Below are positions 13,218-23,389 of a stretch of 64,000 nucleotides of DNA, in pieces. Within the stretch, counting starts at the first letter, position 1. Every line of letters begins with the position of its first letter. The stretch spans positions 1 to 64,000 of the forward strand of contig CAWKMU010000003.1 of the NCBI GenBank assembly GCA_963850905.1, given 5' to 3'. This DNA is from an uncultured Gemmatimonadales bacterium (GTDB lineage Bacteria > Gemmatimonadota > Gemmatimonadetes > Gemmatimonadales > Gemmatimonadaceae). A program made the position numbers and the translations under genes. The notes beneath the pieces are model-generated. The model saw only the letters and a list, made by a program, of their open reading frames with translations, was not told the origin of the DNA and did no database searches.

Positions 13218-13435
13218 GTGGGTCGGCCTGAGAGAATGCCTGTGGTGGCAACGCCGGACCGCGCGGCGACCACAGCTTGGCCCGCGCCATATGGGTCGAG
13301 TGCTGCACCATCCTCGCCTCCTCTCCGGCTCGCGACAATCGGCTCCTCGACAATGAATAAGTCAAATCGCCTCGTACCACAACGGGCCGTCTCCGCCTGA
13401 CCTATCTCCGTTATTACCGATCTCCGCGACTTCAA

Positions 13436-13754
13436 TCAGCCCCGCTCTGACGGACGGCGGCCAAGAAGGTGGAATCGCGGCAATTCCAAGGCGGAATCGC
13501 GGCAATCGCGCCCTCGCGCCGCGATGTCGAGGAGCGGGATAGACTCCAGCACACTCCCGAAGAAATTGCGCCGGCCCGTGACGGTGAATCGCCCGTTGCC
13601 CTCAGCGATATTGGCTGCGATTGAAAGGGCCGCGCGATTCGACTGATTGGCGAGGAAGTAGGCCCGCGGGAAGAGCCGGCTCGCCGCGCAAACGGTCTCT
13701 GCGAATCCGACGCTTTTTGTGGTGGACGAGGAGCGTCTCGAAGGCAAGCGGCAC
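13436..13754 (-). pseudogene. Four-helix-bundle protein (TIGR02436/Avd-like), frameshifted and truncated; copy 1
   Basis: LAFETLLV...FPRAYFLANQSNRAALSIAANIAEGNGRFT; homologous to the intact copy at 37208-37627. Confidence 0.85.
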
Positions 13755-13795
13755 GCGTCCACACTGGCCTCCGCCCGTCACCCGAGCGTCAGACC

Positions 13796-13940
13796 AGAAA
13801 GTAGAAACTAGAGAGTAGACCGAGTAGCGCGGCCCCGTGGCGCTCACTGCCATCGGGGCCGTTGGTTGTTGTTCGTCTACTTTCTACTTTCTGCTTCGCT
13901 ACTCTCTATTTTTCCCCGCTCCGCGGGGAAAAATGGGGCT
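13796..13940. repeat. Structured post-tRNA tail (heptamer inverted repeats, inner hairpin, terminator-like hairpin); tRNA fragment almost entirely lost
   Basis: CAGAAAGTAGAAACTAGA...TCTACTTTCTACTTTCTG, then ATTTTTCCCCGC-TCC-GCGGGGAAAAAT (13908-13934); near-identical to 63818-63948. Confidence 0.9.
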
Positions 13941-14038
13941 TCCGCGCACCAACTGTGTTGGACTGGGACGAGCGAATACAGAGGTAAGGGCGAGCGAACC
14001 ATCTGTTTATTGGAGGAAGCAGGCGAGTAACGGTCGTC

Positions 14039-14066
14039 TGTCGATTTCCCCGACCCTCGTTCGACG
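14039..14066 (+). promoter_or_regulatory. ECF-type promoter (ECF42-like) upstream of the YciI gene
   Basis: TGTCGA-N14-GTTCGACG; same motif and spacing at 16306-16333. Confidence 0.6.
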
Positions 14067-14124
14067 CCACTATACAGGGGTACTTCCGATCCCCGATTTC
14101 CGACCCTAGCTGAGGATCCGGACC

Positions 14125-14560
14125 ATGCGGTTCATGGCAATCCATTTTTTCACGCCGGCCGGCGAAGGCCGGCCCGATGCCGACGACCGAGCAAATGCAG
14201 ACAGGGGTGAACTTCCACGAAGAGCAGGTGAAAGCCCGAGTGCTGTTGCAGGCCGAGGGGCTGCACCCGAGCTCGAAGGGTGCGCGTGTGCGGCTCTCGG
14301 GGGAGAAGCGGACGGTCACCGACGGGCCGTTCACCGAGGCGAAGGAGCTCATCGGCGGGTTCTGGATTATTGAGGCCAAGTCAATGGAGGAGGCGATCGA
14401 GTGGGTCAAGCGCATTCCAAACCCGTGGCCGGAGGACACCGAGATCGAGGTCCGGCAGGTCGCCGAGCCCGAGGACGTGGAAGAGATGACGCCCGAACTT
14501 GTAGCGCAGATAGCGAGGCTGCACGGCGAGGCGCCGCTCGGTAGGGTGACGACACCCTGA
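14125..14560 (+). CDS. YciI/DGPF family protein, N-terminal frameshift
   Basis: GLHPSSKGARV...VTDGPFTEAKELIGGFWII...IEVRQV. Confidence 0.88.
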
Positions 14561-14736
14561 GCCTCAGCCAAAAATCACGGGACCAATCTGCGGGGAATCT
14601 CTACACGGCCGGGTACAATCGCGCGTACACGCCGACGGAGGATGTTTGGGTGGCGACGTTGCCGGTGGGGCACGCGGATGGATGGCCGAGGGTGGCGGCG
14701 AAGGGGGCGAAGGTTCGGATCAACGGGACATTGGGT

Positions 14737-16199
14737 GGATTCAATTGGTCGTCGCAACACTCTCACCGAGGAGGTTGCGATGACAGCACCGAGGCGACGG
14801 CGCTCGGATCGGTCTGGACGTGGCAAGCTGCATTCACTGGGCCGCCCGCCGGTCGGGCGGCGTGAGGACCGGCAGCGGTTCTGGGGCGCTATCGCCCGCG
14901 GCTGCTACTCCGAGACCGCGGTTGCCGATGCGCGAGTCTCGTGGGTGGTCGGGGCACGCTGGTTCCGACAAGCTGGAGGCATGCCGCCGTCACATCTCGC
15001 CCCATCCGCGTCGCCGCTGTCGGGGCGCTATCTATCCTTCGCCGAGCGCGAGCAGCTGGCGCTCCTCCACGCCCACCACTACGGCGTCCGCGAGATTGCC
15101 CGCCAGCTTGGGCGCGCGCCCTCGAGCATCTCGCGCGAGCTGCGCCGGAATGCGGCGACCCGTGGTGGCGCGCTCGACTACCGTGCGACCACGGCGCAGT
15201 GGCACGCCGACCGGGCGGGCCGCCGCCCGAAGCCGGCGAAGCTGGCGACAGACGCGCGGCTCCGGCAGTATGTGCAGGACCGCCTCGCGGGTGTGATCAC
15301 GGCGCCGGACGGCGCGGCGGCGCGCGGGCCGGCGGTGCCGTGGAGGGGCCGCAGGCACGGGCGTCGGCAGCACCGGCAATGGGGTCGCGCGTGGAGTCCG
15401 GCGCAGATCGCGCATCGGCTCCCCGTCGACTTCCCGGAGGATCCCACCATGCGCATCAGCCACGAAGCGATCTACCAGGCACTCTACGTCCAGGGCCGCG
15501 GCGCGCTCCGTCGCGAGCTGACCGCCTGCTTACGCACGGGCCGGGCGTTGCGCGTGCCGCGTGCCCGCACACGGGCCGCGGGCAGAGGCTTTGTCACGTC
15601 CGACCTGCTGATCAGCGCTCGACCAGCCGAGGCGGACGACCGCGCGGTGCCGGGGCACTGGGAGGGCGATCTGATCCTAGGCCTCGACAGCTCCGCCATC
15701 GGCACGTTGGTCGAGCGCACTACACGCTTCACGCTACTGCTCCACCTCCCGCGCATGCGGGGCCACGCGGCTGGCGCGCGCACGACCGACACAAAGAACG
15801 GGCCCGCGCTCGCCGGGCACGGTGCTCCGGCGGTGCGTGATGCGATCACGCGCGCGATCCAGACACTACCCGCCCAACTGCGGCGGTCGCTGACGTGGGA
15901 TCAAGGGGCAGAGATGGCACAGCACGCACAACTACGCGTTGATACGGGGCTCGCGGTCTACTTCTGCGATCCGCAGAGTCCCTGGCAGCGGGGGACGAAC
16001 GAGAATACGAACGGACTATTGCGGCAGTACTTCCCAAAGGGCACGGATCTGAGCGCGCACAACGCCCCTGATGTGGCTGCGGTCGCGCTCACGCTGAACA
16101 CGCGACCGCGCAAGACGCTCGGCTGGAGAACGCCTGCCGAAGCGCTGAACGAGCTGTTACTCTCACACACACAAACCGTTGCGACGACCGATTGACTCT
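14737..16199 (+). mobile_element. IS30-family insertion sequence
   Basis: Imperfect terminal inverted repeats GGATTCAATTGGTCGTCGCAAC (14737-14758) and GTTGCGACGACCGATTGACTCT (16178-16199) flank the transposase. Confidence 0.88.
14780..16195 (+). CDS. IS30-family transposase
   Basis: ISRELRRN HTH, WSPAQI, ISHEAIY, GHWEGDLI, LTWDQG, SPWQRGTNENTNGLLRQYFPKG and RPRKTLGW motifs. Confidence 0.95.
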   Translation: MTAPRRRRSDRSGRGKLHSLGRPPVGRREDRQRFWGAIARGCYSETAVADARVSWVVGARWFRQAGGMPPSHLAPSASPLSGRYLSFAEREQLALLHAHHYGVREIARQLGRAPSSISRELRRNAATRGGALDYRATTAQWHADRAGRRPKPAKLATDARLRQYVQDRLAGVITAPDGAAARGPAVPWRGRRHGRRQHRQWGRAWSPAQIAHRLPVDFPEDPTMRISHEAIYQALYVQGRGALRRELTACLRTGRALRVPRARTRAAGRGFVTSDLLISARPAEADDRAVPGHWEGDLILGLDSSAIGTLVERTTRFTLLLHLPRMRGHAAGARTTDTKNGPALAGHGAPAVRDAITRAIQTLPAQLRRSLTWDQGAEMAQHAQLRVDTGLAVYFCDPQSPWQRGTNENTNGLLRQYFPKGTDLSAHNAPDVAAVALTLNTRPRKTLGWRTPAEALNELLLSHTQTVATTD

Positions 16200-16305
16200 G
16201 GGTTGTATCCGGTGATCGCATCGGTGTCGGCGAGCCACACGACATTGCGATGCATCTCGGCGCGCTGTTGCCGAGGCGGGTGGTGTAAGGCGACGCGACG
16301 CCCGC

Positions 16306-16333
16306 TGTCGAGAATCCGGTGGCTGGTTCGACG
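16306..16333 (+). promoter_or_regulatory. ECF-type promoter (ECF42-like) upstream of the alpha/beta hydrolase
   Basis: TGTCGA-N14-GTTCGACG, as at 14039-14066. Confidence 0.55.
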
Positions 16334-16352
16334 TAATAGGGCATAGGCGACA

Positions 16353-17297
16353 ATGGCCTTTCCCGTTACCGCGAGGATCCCGACGATGATGTCCACGGCA
16401 AGATTGATAGCCACGTCCGCCGCAGGTCTGACCCTGGCGTCGGCGGGCCCAGCCACCCTTCACACACCCGCCCCGTCGAGTGCTGAATCGGGCTACGCGC
16501 CGGTGAACGGCCTTCAGCTCTACTACGAGATTCGCGGGACCGGGGCCCCAGTGGTCGTCCTGCACGGCGGCCTAAGCAACACGGAGTTGATTGCGGGCAT
16601 GATCACGCAGCTCGCGCGCACGCAGCGCGTGATCGCGGTTGACCTTCAGGGGCACGGTCGCACGGCGGATATCGATCGTCCGTTCACTTGCGAGGCGATG
16701 GCGGACGACATCGCTGGGCTGCTCCGCTATCTCAAGATCCCGAAGGCGGACATCGTGGGATACTCGCTCGGAGGGTCCGTCGCGCTGCGTACGGCGATTC
16801 AACACCCCGACATGATCGGCAAGCTCGTCGTGGTCTCGGCGGTGGTTCAGCCATCGGGCTGGTACCCGGAGCTGCACGCCGCAATGGAGCACGTGGGCGC
16901 CGGCATGGCCGACGCGATGAAGCCGAGCCCCGCGTACCAGACCTACGCCCGCATCGCTCCGCGTCCTGAAGATTGGCCGGTGTTACTCGACAAGACGGGG
17001 GCGCTGCTGAGGCAGGATTTCGATTGGACGCACGAGGTGAAATCGATCGCGGCGCCGACGTTGCTGGTCTTTGGCGACGCCGATGCGATACGGCCGGAGC
17101 ACATGGTGGAGTTCTTCCATCTGCTCGGTGGAGGCACCAAAGATGGCGGCCTGGACGGGTCCGGAATGTCAAAGGCTCGGCTGGCGATTCTGCCCGGCAC
17201 CACCCACTACACCATCTTTGATTCCCCGCTCCTCCCTCCCTTGATCGTGCGCTTCCTCGCCAGCGATGACTCCCGCATCCGACCCAACACGAACTAG
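16353..17297 (+). CDS. Alpha/beta hydrolase
   Basis: LHGG, DLQGHGRT, GYSLGG nucleophile elbow and GTTHY. Confidence 0.9.
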   Translation: MAFPVTARIPTMMSTARLIATSAAGLTLASAGPATLHTPAPSSAESGYAPVNGLQLYYEIRGTGAPVVVLHGGLSNTELIAGMITQLARTQRVIAVDLQGHGRTADIDRPFTCEAMADDIAGLLRYLKIPKADIVGYSLGGSVALRTAIQHPDMIGKLVVVSAVVQPSGWYPELHAAMEHVGAGMADAMKPSPAYQTYARIAPRPEDWPVLLDKTGALLRQDFDWTHEVKSIAAPTLLVFGDADAIRPEHMVEFFHLLGGGTKDGGLDGSGMSKARLAILPGTTHYTIFDSPLLPPLIVRFLASDDSRIRPNTN

Positions 17298-17362
17298 CGT
17301 CCTTCGTTTTTCACGTCGGCCAACACTGCGCGATCGTTGAACATTGCGCGAGACCCAGCAGC

Positions 17363-17467
17363 GCGGCCCCGTGGCGACTTACCGCCACGGGGCCGTTGTT
17401 GCTTCTCGTCTACTTTCTACTTTCTGTGTCGCTACTCTCTATTTTTGGCCGCTGTGCGGCCAAAAAT
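17363..17467. repeat. Structured post-tRNA tail, truncated before the four-helix-bundle gene
   Basis: CGGCCCCGTGGCG-ACTTAC-CGCCACGGGGCCG, TCTACTTTCTACTTTCTG and ATTTTTGGCCGC-TGT-GCGGCCAAAAAT. Confidence 0.88.
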
Positions 17468-17511
17468 GGGCCTGGGTAGAGTTGAACTACCGACCTCACG
17501 CTTATCAGGCG
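17467..17511 (-). tRNA. 3' half of tRNA-Ile(GAT), att-site scar 1 (not an intact tRNA)
   Basis: Reverse complement CGC-CTGATAA-GCGTG-AGGTC-GGTAG-TTCAACT-CTACC-CAGGCCC-A gives anticodon loop, T-arm and acceptor 3' strand; no D-arm or 5' half. Confidence 0.92.
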
Positions 17512-17613
17512 CGGGGTTCTCTGCCCTCTTGCCGGCAAGTTGCCGGCTTTCATAGTGACGGCCTGCATATCCGCCCGATCGTAGAGCGCCCGATGCCGGA
17601 ATATGCCGCCTCC

Positions 17614-17637
17614 AATTGGAACCTGAATTAGAACCAT
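17614..17637. repeat. Tandem 12-bp direct repeat (putative integrase arm site)
   Basis: AATTGGAACCTG/AATTAGAACCAT, 106 bp from the anticodon loop. Confidence 0.7.
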
Positions 17638-17778
17638 CTTGCGCACGGCCGGGGCTCTGACCACACGCGGTCCGGTAAATTCGCTGCTCAGTCGACTCGG
17701 CAGCCGGATCAACACTCAATGGTCGTGCGGTCCCGCCCGGTTCGCATCTGGAACACACGCCCCGATCCAGCGAAGGGA

Positions 17779-17982
17779 TCACCGGCCGCCGTGCCGCTCA
17801 CGACTCTTTATGACCGTCACAAGGGCGCGCAATGCTTCGTTAACAGCCTTCGAGTTCGGAAAGACCTCAGCCACATCGCGGTCGAGAACCACGATGTTGG
17901 TGCCCTCCGCGTACCGGGCCGCGTACTTGCCGCGTACGCCACCGGTGAAATCATATTCGTTTCGCATCTCGTCGTCTGACAT
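17779..17982 (-). CDS. BrnA-like antitoxin
   Basis: EMRNEYDFTGGVRGKYA...VVLDRDVAEVFPNSKAVNEALRAL, directly downstream of brnT. Confidence 0.82.
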   Translation of the reverse strand: MSDDEMRNEYDFTGGVRGKYAARYAEGTNIVVLDRDVAEVFPNSKAVNEALRALVTVIKSRERHGGR

Positions 17983-17997
17983 AGTCGCGGCGATCGG

Positions 17998-18282
17998 CTA
18001 GCGATCGCGTTCTTCGTGTTGTCGCCGCTCGCGCGGCGTCGCCGGCCGGGCCGATATGAGCCGAATCTCGTCGTTCTCATCCGCGTGGACCACCACTACC
18101 AGCCGCCCCCGTGCGGAGGACCCAAGCGTCAAGTACCGTGCCTCCCCTGTGGAGTGATGGGGGTCTCCAATCGTCACTGACAGCGGGTCACCAAACACCG
18201 TGACCGCTTCCGTGAAGTCTACCCCGTGTTTCCGAACGTTAGTATCGGCTTTATCGGGATCCCAAGTAAAAGAGAGGCCCAC
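17998..18282 (-). CDS. brnT: BrnT family toxin
   Basis: FTWDPDKADTNVRKHGVDFTEA...IRLISARPATPRER. Confidence 0.92.
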   Translation of the reverse strand: MGLSFTWDPDKADTNVRKHGVDFTEAVTVFGDPLSVTIGDPHHSTGEARYLTLGSSARGRLVVVVHADENDEIRLISARPATPRERRQHEERDR

Positions 18283-18444
18283 GCCTCAAATATACGCCAT
18301 GCGTGGAAACCCACGGCCGAGGCCCGAGTCGAGTGCCGGCGACGGTAGCCCAGTTCAGAGAGAAGATGGCCGGGTACCCCGGTGCCACGAGGAGGCGCCG
18401 GTCGCGACCAGTTGATCCAGTTGTGCCGCATTCTCCGGCGCCAC

Positions 18445-18745
18445 GCATCGGGATCGATATCTTCGACGCGCGCCGGCGACGTCAGCGCCAAGCCGAGGCG
18501 CTTCATGTAGTCCTTTTGCTGCGCGACCGCGTTCGCGTCGTTGTGGTTGTACGACAGCTGGAAACTCAATGGATCGACGGTCGGATTCACACCCCCAGGT
18601 GTTGCGATCGCCACTTTGAATCCGCCGTCCGTGAACTTGCGGTGTGGTGTCACGAATTCTTCCGACCAGAATCCCGTCGGATCGGCGTGGCATTCTTCAT
18701 CGTCCAAACACTCGCACCCGACAGCACCATAACGATTGACGACAT
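18445..18745 (-). pseudogene. DJ-1/PfpI (type 1 glutamine amidotransferase-like) N-terminal fragment
   Basis: PTGFWSEEFVTPH...IATPGGVNPTVDPLS; homology stops before the catalytic region. Confidence 0.7.
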
Positions 18746-19161
18746 TGCTCCTCGCCCTCCCGTTGGGTTGTTCGTCCCGCCACAGGCTGCCTCCCACCGC
18801 CGCGCCTTCCCCGTTAACCGCGCCTTTCTGGCGATCAGGACGACATCACCGACAGGCGCTGTATCCTCGACCGTCCGGCAAGACACAGTGCCTGCTCCAG
18901 TCTGACCGGGCCTCGTCCCTCACTGTTCGCCAGGTTATTCGAGAACCTCCGCACTCGGTAGACGATAAACCCGGAAATCAGCTTCCCGGATTTGAGTGAA
19001 CGAACGAGACCATACCCGAATGCTGTCGGAGTGGCTCGCTCATCCCATTCTTAGGAAACTGATTCCCAGAGTATCCGGGTACCTCGAGGTTTTGCAAAAC
19101 CCTACGTTGTCCCGCCATGGCGGCGCCTGGACCCGGTACTGAACGGTCATTGGAGGATGCG

Positions 19162-19577
19162 GTGAGTGACAGCCGAACCGTGAAGGACGAGGCCGACATT
19201 CGGAGCACGTTGGCGTCGTATAGTGACGCCCTCAACAGCAGCACGACGGCTGGGGTGCAGCCCCTGTACACCGACGACGGCGTGTTTATGCCGCCCTACA
19301 GCCCGTCGGCGGTCGGCAAGGCCGCTGTGGAGAAAGCCTACGATGCTGTCTCAACGAGTTGAAATTCCGCGTGAAGTTCACGATGGCGGAACTGGTCGTG
19401 ATGGCTCCGACTTGGGCGTACGTCCGAACGAATTCGGCGGGCACTACATGGCACCGTTCGACTGGTAGTACGACCTCCGAGGCGAACCAGGAGCTCTTCA
19501 TCTTCAAGAAAGGCGACGACGGCAAGTGGCGCATTGCACGGTACAGCTTCTCGCCGACGAACCCGCTGCCCAGGTGA
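19162..19577 (+). CDS. NTF2-like / SgcJ-EcaC (DUF4440) protein, frameshifted
   Basis: LYTDDGVFMPPYSPSAVG and EANQELFIFKK...WRIARYSFS; GGAGG RBS upstream. Confidence 0.78.
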
Positions 19578-19608
19578 GACTCCGCCGTTCGTCTACGTTT
19601 GCTTGCGG

Positions 19609-20967
19609 TCACGAGCGACCCGTACGCTGGCGGCGCCCAACGTCAAGGGCTGATGTCTGTCCAGGGCCCGAGTCTGGCGGCCCCTGCTCCTTCAGCAACT
19701 GCGCGACGACTCGGTCTTCATCCTCGTACGCTCCCTCGCCGAAGTGATGGAACCTGATGCGTCCATTTCGGTCGGCGATGTACACGCTCGGCCAGTATTC
19801 GTTGTTGAAGGCGCGCCAGATGGCGTAGTTGGCGTCGAGCGCGACAGGGTACGTCACGCCGAGCCGCCGGACGGCGGCCGCCACGTTCTCCGGCACGCGT
19901 TCCGGCGCCAGTTCCGGCGTGTGGACGCCGACAACGACGACATCCTGGCCCTTGTACTTGGCCGCAAGCGCCTTGATATGCGGTAACGCGTTGAGGCAGT
20001 TGTAACACTCGAACGTCCAGACGTTCACGACCACGACCTTCCCTCGCCGTTGATCAGGCGACAGCGCCCGGCCATCGCCACTGGTGTTGAGCCATCCCGT
20101 CGCACCATCGAACGACGGTAAGGGACCTTCGTCCGGCCTTGGGACCGGAGCGGGGGCGGCTGAGTTGCCGACGAAGTGCATCACGGTGGCCTGCCGGTGC
20201 GGGACGAGGCGAGCCAGCAGGACCTCCTCCGCGCCAGCCGTCTGGGCGATGCCGTGCGACGCAAAGAGACGCGCATCCCACCCGATCGCAATGACCAGCG
20301 CCGTAGCGATCGCGGCCGCGCCGAGGATCCGCCGGGCCCACACATCTACCAGATGCCCCCCAATCCGGCGGAGCGCACGCAACACACGGCCGCCAGCAGC
20401 CAGCCCGCCGGCCAGCGCCAAGGCAGCTCCTGCGCCGAACGTCGCGAACAATGACGCGGCAAGCACCGGCCGCGCGCCGGCTGCGGCGGCGCCAGCAACG
20501 AGTCCGAGAATGGGCCCCGCACATGGTGCCCAGAGCAGTCCAGTGGCAACGCCGAGCACGAACGAGCGCCCCGGTGCGGCGCCCGGGGTCGAGTCGGTGG
20601 CTGGCTGGCCAGCGCGCCGCGTCCCGTCCGCTCCGCCATGCGACAGACGAGCGCCGAGACGAACCAGCGGATTCGTGACCCAGCTCGCCAACCGCGGAGA
20701 GAGGAGGCTCACTCCCGCGAGGCTGAGCACGACGAGAGCGGCAATCCGTCCGACGCTAGAAGCCGCGGCCACCTCAGCCGCGCCTGCCGTGCCGACCATC
20801 GCCACCGCGACGAACGCGAGGACAAGACCGCCCAAGAGCGGCAGGGTCTCGCGGGCGAAGGGTCGTCCACTCCGCGCAAACACGAACGGAAGCACAGGCA
20901 GGATACAAGGGCTGGCGATGGTCAACAGCCCGCCCGCGAACACCGCGAGGTAGAGCAGGGCGATCAT
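19609..20967 (-). CDS. dipZ: DipZ-like CcdA-thioredoxin fusion
   Basis: SPCILPVLP and LLWAPCAGPILG in the TM domain; WTFECYNC, GVHTPE and NEYWP in the thioredoxin domain. Confidence 0.85.
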   Translation of the reverse strand: MIALLYLAVFAGGLLTIASPCILPVLPFVFARSGRPFARETLPLLGGLVLAFVAVAMVGTAGAAEVAAASSVGRIAALVVLSLAGVSLLSPRLASWVTNPLVRLGARLSHGGADGTRRAGQPATDSTPGAAPGRSFVLGVATGLLWAPCAGPILGLVAGAAAAGARPVLAASLFATFGAGAALALAGGLAAGGRVLRALRRIGGHLVDVWARRILGAAAIATALVIAIGWDARLFASHGIAQTAGAEEVLLARLVPHRQATVMHFVGNSAAPAPVPRPDEGPLPSFDGATGWLNTSGDGRALSPDQRRGKVVVVNVWTFECYNCLNALPHIKALAAKYKGQDVVVVGVHTPELAPERVPENVAAAVRRLGVTYPVALDANYAIWRAFNNEYWPSVYIADRNGRIRFHHFGEGAYEDEDRVVAQLLKEQGPPDSGPGQTSALDVGRRQRTGRS

Positions 20968-21037
20968 GACACAATTCTCCGGCAGAGGAAGACCCTGCGC
21001 ACGCGTATAGTTGCAGGCTGCAAACCCCAGTCGCGGC

Positions 21038-21325
21038 TCATCGGCGGCTCCAGCCTGCGCTGACGAGTGCCTCGAGGACGCGTGCGCGCAAGGCGATCGC
21101 ATCTTCGTGCTCGCGGCGCAACGCCCGAAGGCGGTCGATCAGTGCGCGCTCGAACCGCTCATGTTCGCGGCAATACACACACTGGGCGAGGTGCGCGTCG
21201 ATGGCCGCCATCGTCGGGGCATCGAGCGTCCGATCCAGATAGTCCCAAAGCGCGCGAACGGCGTGCTCGCAATCGACAGGCATGTCAATGGTATCTGGCG
21301 GCACCTTGGAATCCCAATCAATCAT
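21038..21325 (-). CDS. Zinc-finger (ZAS, zf-HC2) anti-sigma factor
   Basis: C...LWDYLD...HLAQCVYC (HxxxCxxC), coupled to the ECF sigma gene. Confidence 0.88.
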   Translation of the reverse strand: MIDWDSKVPPDTIDMPVDCEHAVRALWDYLDRTLDAPTMAAIDAHLAQCVYCREHERFERALIDRLRALRREHEDAIALRARVLEALVSAGWSRR

Positions 21326-21917
21326 GGGTGGCTCCTCGTCCAAAGGTGTTTTGCCCGATCCCCGCATCGCGCGCGTGGGCGATCAGGGCGCCTTGCACGG
21401 CACGCCGAGCGCGGAACAAACGCGATCGAACGGTCCCAATGGGGACGCCCAGCACCGCGCCAACCTCCTCGTAGGTCTGGCCCTCAATGTCGATCAAGAC
21501 CAGCACGCTGCGATGGGGTTCCGGCAACTCGTCGACGGCCCGCAGGATCGCGGGTCGCACGTCGATCTCGTCGAACAGATTGCCAAGTCCATCGCGCATC
21601 GCCCGAATGTGAGACATCACTGCCGGCACCGCGTCGACGTCAGCCTCGTCGCTTTCGACGAACGGCGCCCGTTTGCGGCGCGATTTCACGAACGTGTTCC
21701 GGCAAATCGTGAACAGCCAACGTCGCGGGTCACTGCCCCGGAGGAACGTGTCCCAGTAGCGAAACGCCCGCAGGTAGGTCTCCTGAACGAGATCATCGGC
21801 GTCGGCCCGGCTGCGCGTGAGCGAGAGAGCGAACCGCGCGACGTCCGCGAGACATGGCAGCGCCAAAAGCTCGAACTCTCGCGACCGCGCCTCCGAATCA
21901 TCGCCCTGCTCACTCAC
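21318..21917 (-). CDS. ECF RNA polymerase sigma factor (SigH/SigR-like)
   Basis: DADDLVQETYLRA, WLFTICRN and GVPIGTVRSRLFRAR motifs. Confidence 0.92.
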   Translation of the reverse strand: MSEQGDDSEARSREFELLALPCLADVARFALSLTRSRADADDLVQETYLRAFRYWDTFLRGSDPRRWLFTICRNTFVKSRRKRAPFVESDEADVDAVPAVMSHIRAMRDGLGNLFDEIDVRPAILRAVDELPEPHRSVLVLIDIEGQTYEEVGAVLGVPIGTVRSRLFRARRAVQGALIAHARDAGIGQNTFGRGATHD

Positions 21918-21937
21918 GTTTCTTACCCCTTGCTCGC

Positions 21938-22564
21938 CTACCGACCACCAGGCTGCATGGCGTGGCTCATCGGAAACGCCTTGGCGATGGCCACCGCGAC
22001 GTCCTGATCTGCACCAACCCCAGTGTACACGACCGCCCCGTCCGCGTTGACCACTACGAGATACGAGGTGTGTGGGACTTTGTACGCGGCGACGGCCTTC
22101 CCGTCACGATCGAAGACGAAGACACCGTTCAGGTGCTTGGCCGTCACGTACGCTTGTTCCTTCGCTGGCGTCTGATTGTTGCTGACCCCGACCGAAACGA
22201 ACGTCGCCCGGTCGCCATACTTGGTCTGCGCAGCCTGCAGAGAGGGCTCGAGCCGCTTGCACAGCGGGCACCAGGTGGCCCAGAACTCTATCACGACCGG
22301 CTTCGTCCCGATGTACTGTGAGAGGTCGACTGCGTGGCCATCGAGCGTCTCGACCGAGGCACCCGGGGCCTTGGTGCCGACGGCCACACCGACGGTCCCA
22401 GCGGAGGCCATTGCGGAGGAGGCCATAGCGGAGCCCATGCCGGCCTCCTGGGCAGCGCTGGTGCCTGGAATGGTCATGAGCGCGACGGCAACCATCGCGA
22501 GGAGTGAGACGAGGAGCTGTGCCGATGGTGTCATGCGGGCTGCGAGGTGCGATGATGGAGACAT
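21938..22564 (-). CDS. TlpA-family thiol-disulfide oxidoreductase
   Basis: Signal peptide and FWATWCPLC. Confidence 0.9.
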   Translation of the reverse strand: MSPSSHLAARMTPSAQLLVSLLAMVAVALMTIPGTSAAQEAGMGSAMASSAMASAGTVGVAVGTKAPGASVETLDGHAVDLSQYIGTKPVVIEFWATWCPLCKRLEPSLQAAQTKYGDRATFVSVGVSNNQTPAKEQAYVTAKHLNGVFVFDRDGKAVAAYKVPHTSYLVVVNADGAVVYTGVGADQDVAVAIAKAFPMSHAMQPGGR

Positions 22565-22606
22565 GGAGGGACCAATAGAAGGGATGAGGTGAGAACTACG
22601 GTGAGA

Positions 22607-23320
22607 CTACGACAACAGGGTGCCCATCTGGACGAGGTAATACTCAGCGACGCCGAACATCAGGATCGCGAAGGCGCGCTTCACCCAGAGCATCCAGCGA
22701 CCGGCGGGGGGTAACCGGACGATGCCACCCGCGGCAAGGCCGACGGCCACGAGTAACGTGCACATACCGAGCGAGAACACGAAGAGGTAGAGGAACCCAA
22801 GGGTGGCGCTGTGGGTCGTGCTGACCCATGCGAGGAGCGTGGCCATGACGGGCGCCCCGCACGGAGCAGCGACGAGACCAGAGGCCGCGCCCACGCCGAA
22901 CACGCCGGCGACATGTCCGCGCCCGTCGAGTGACGCCGCCCGGCCCAAAAGCGCGCGGGGCACCGGGACCGGGACCACGTCGAGCATCATGAAGCCGAAC
23001 AGCGCGAGCAGATTGGCGAGCAGAAAGTAGAGCCAGGGGTTGGTGCTGATCGCGCCGAAGAGCTGCCCGGTGAGGCCAGCGAACAACCCCAGCGTCGCAT
23101 ACGCAAGTGCCAACCCGACGACGTACGCAATAGTCAGGAGTGCCGCCCGACTGAGCGATCTCTCGCCTCGGGTCGCATGCCCTCCGACGATCGCGGCGGT
23201 GATCGGAATCATAGGGTAAATGCACGGCGTCAGGCTCGTGAGCACGCCGCCGAGAAAGACCAGACCAAGGGCCGCAACGGGGTGCGTCGACAACAGATTG
23301 GCGATACTACCGAGTGCCAC
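22607..23320 (-). CDS. CcdA/DsbD transmembrane domain protein
   Basis: SLTPCIYPMIPIT and VAAPCGAPV motifs. Confidence 0.9.
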   Translation of the reverse strand: MALGSIANLLSTHPVAALGLVFLGGVLTSLTPCIYPMIPITAAIVGGHATRGERSLSRAALLTIAYVVGLALAYATLGLFAGLTGQLFGAISTNPWLYFLLANLLALFGFMMLDVVPVPVPRALLGRAASLDGRGHVAGVFGVGAASGLVAAPCGAPVMATLLAWVSTTHSATLGFLYLFVFSLGMCTLLVAVGLAAGGIVRLPPAGRWMLWVKRAFAILMFGVAEYYLVQMGTLLS

Positions 23321-23389
23321 GAGTGACTCGCGTTATGAGGCCGAGCCCGGACGGCGGTGACCGCTCGCCCAGGGTAAGGGACGTGCGGC

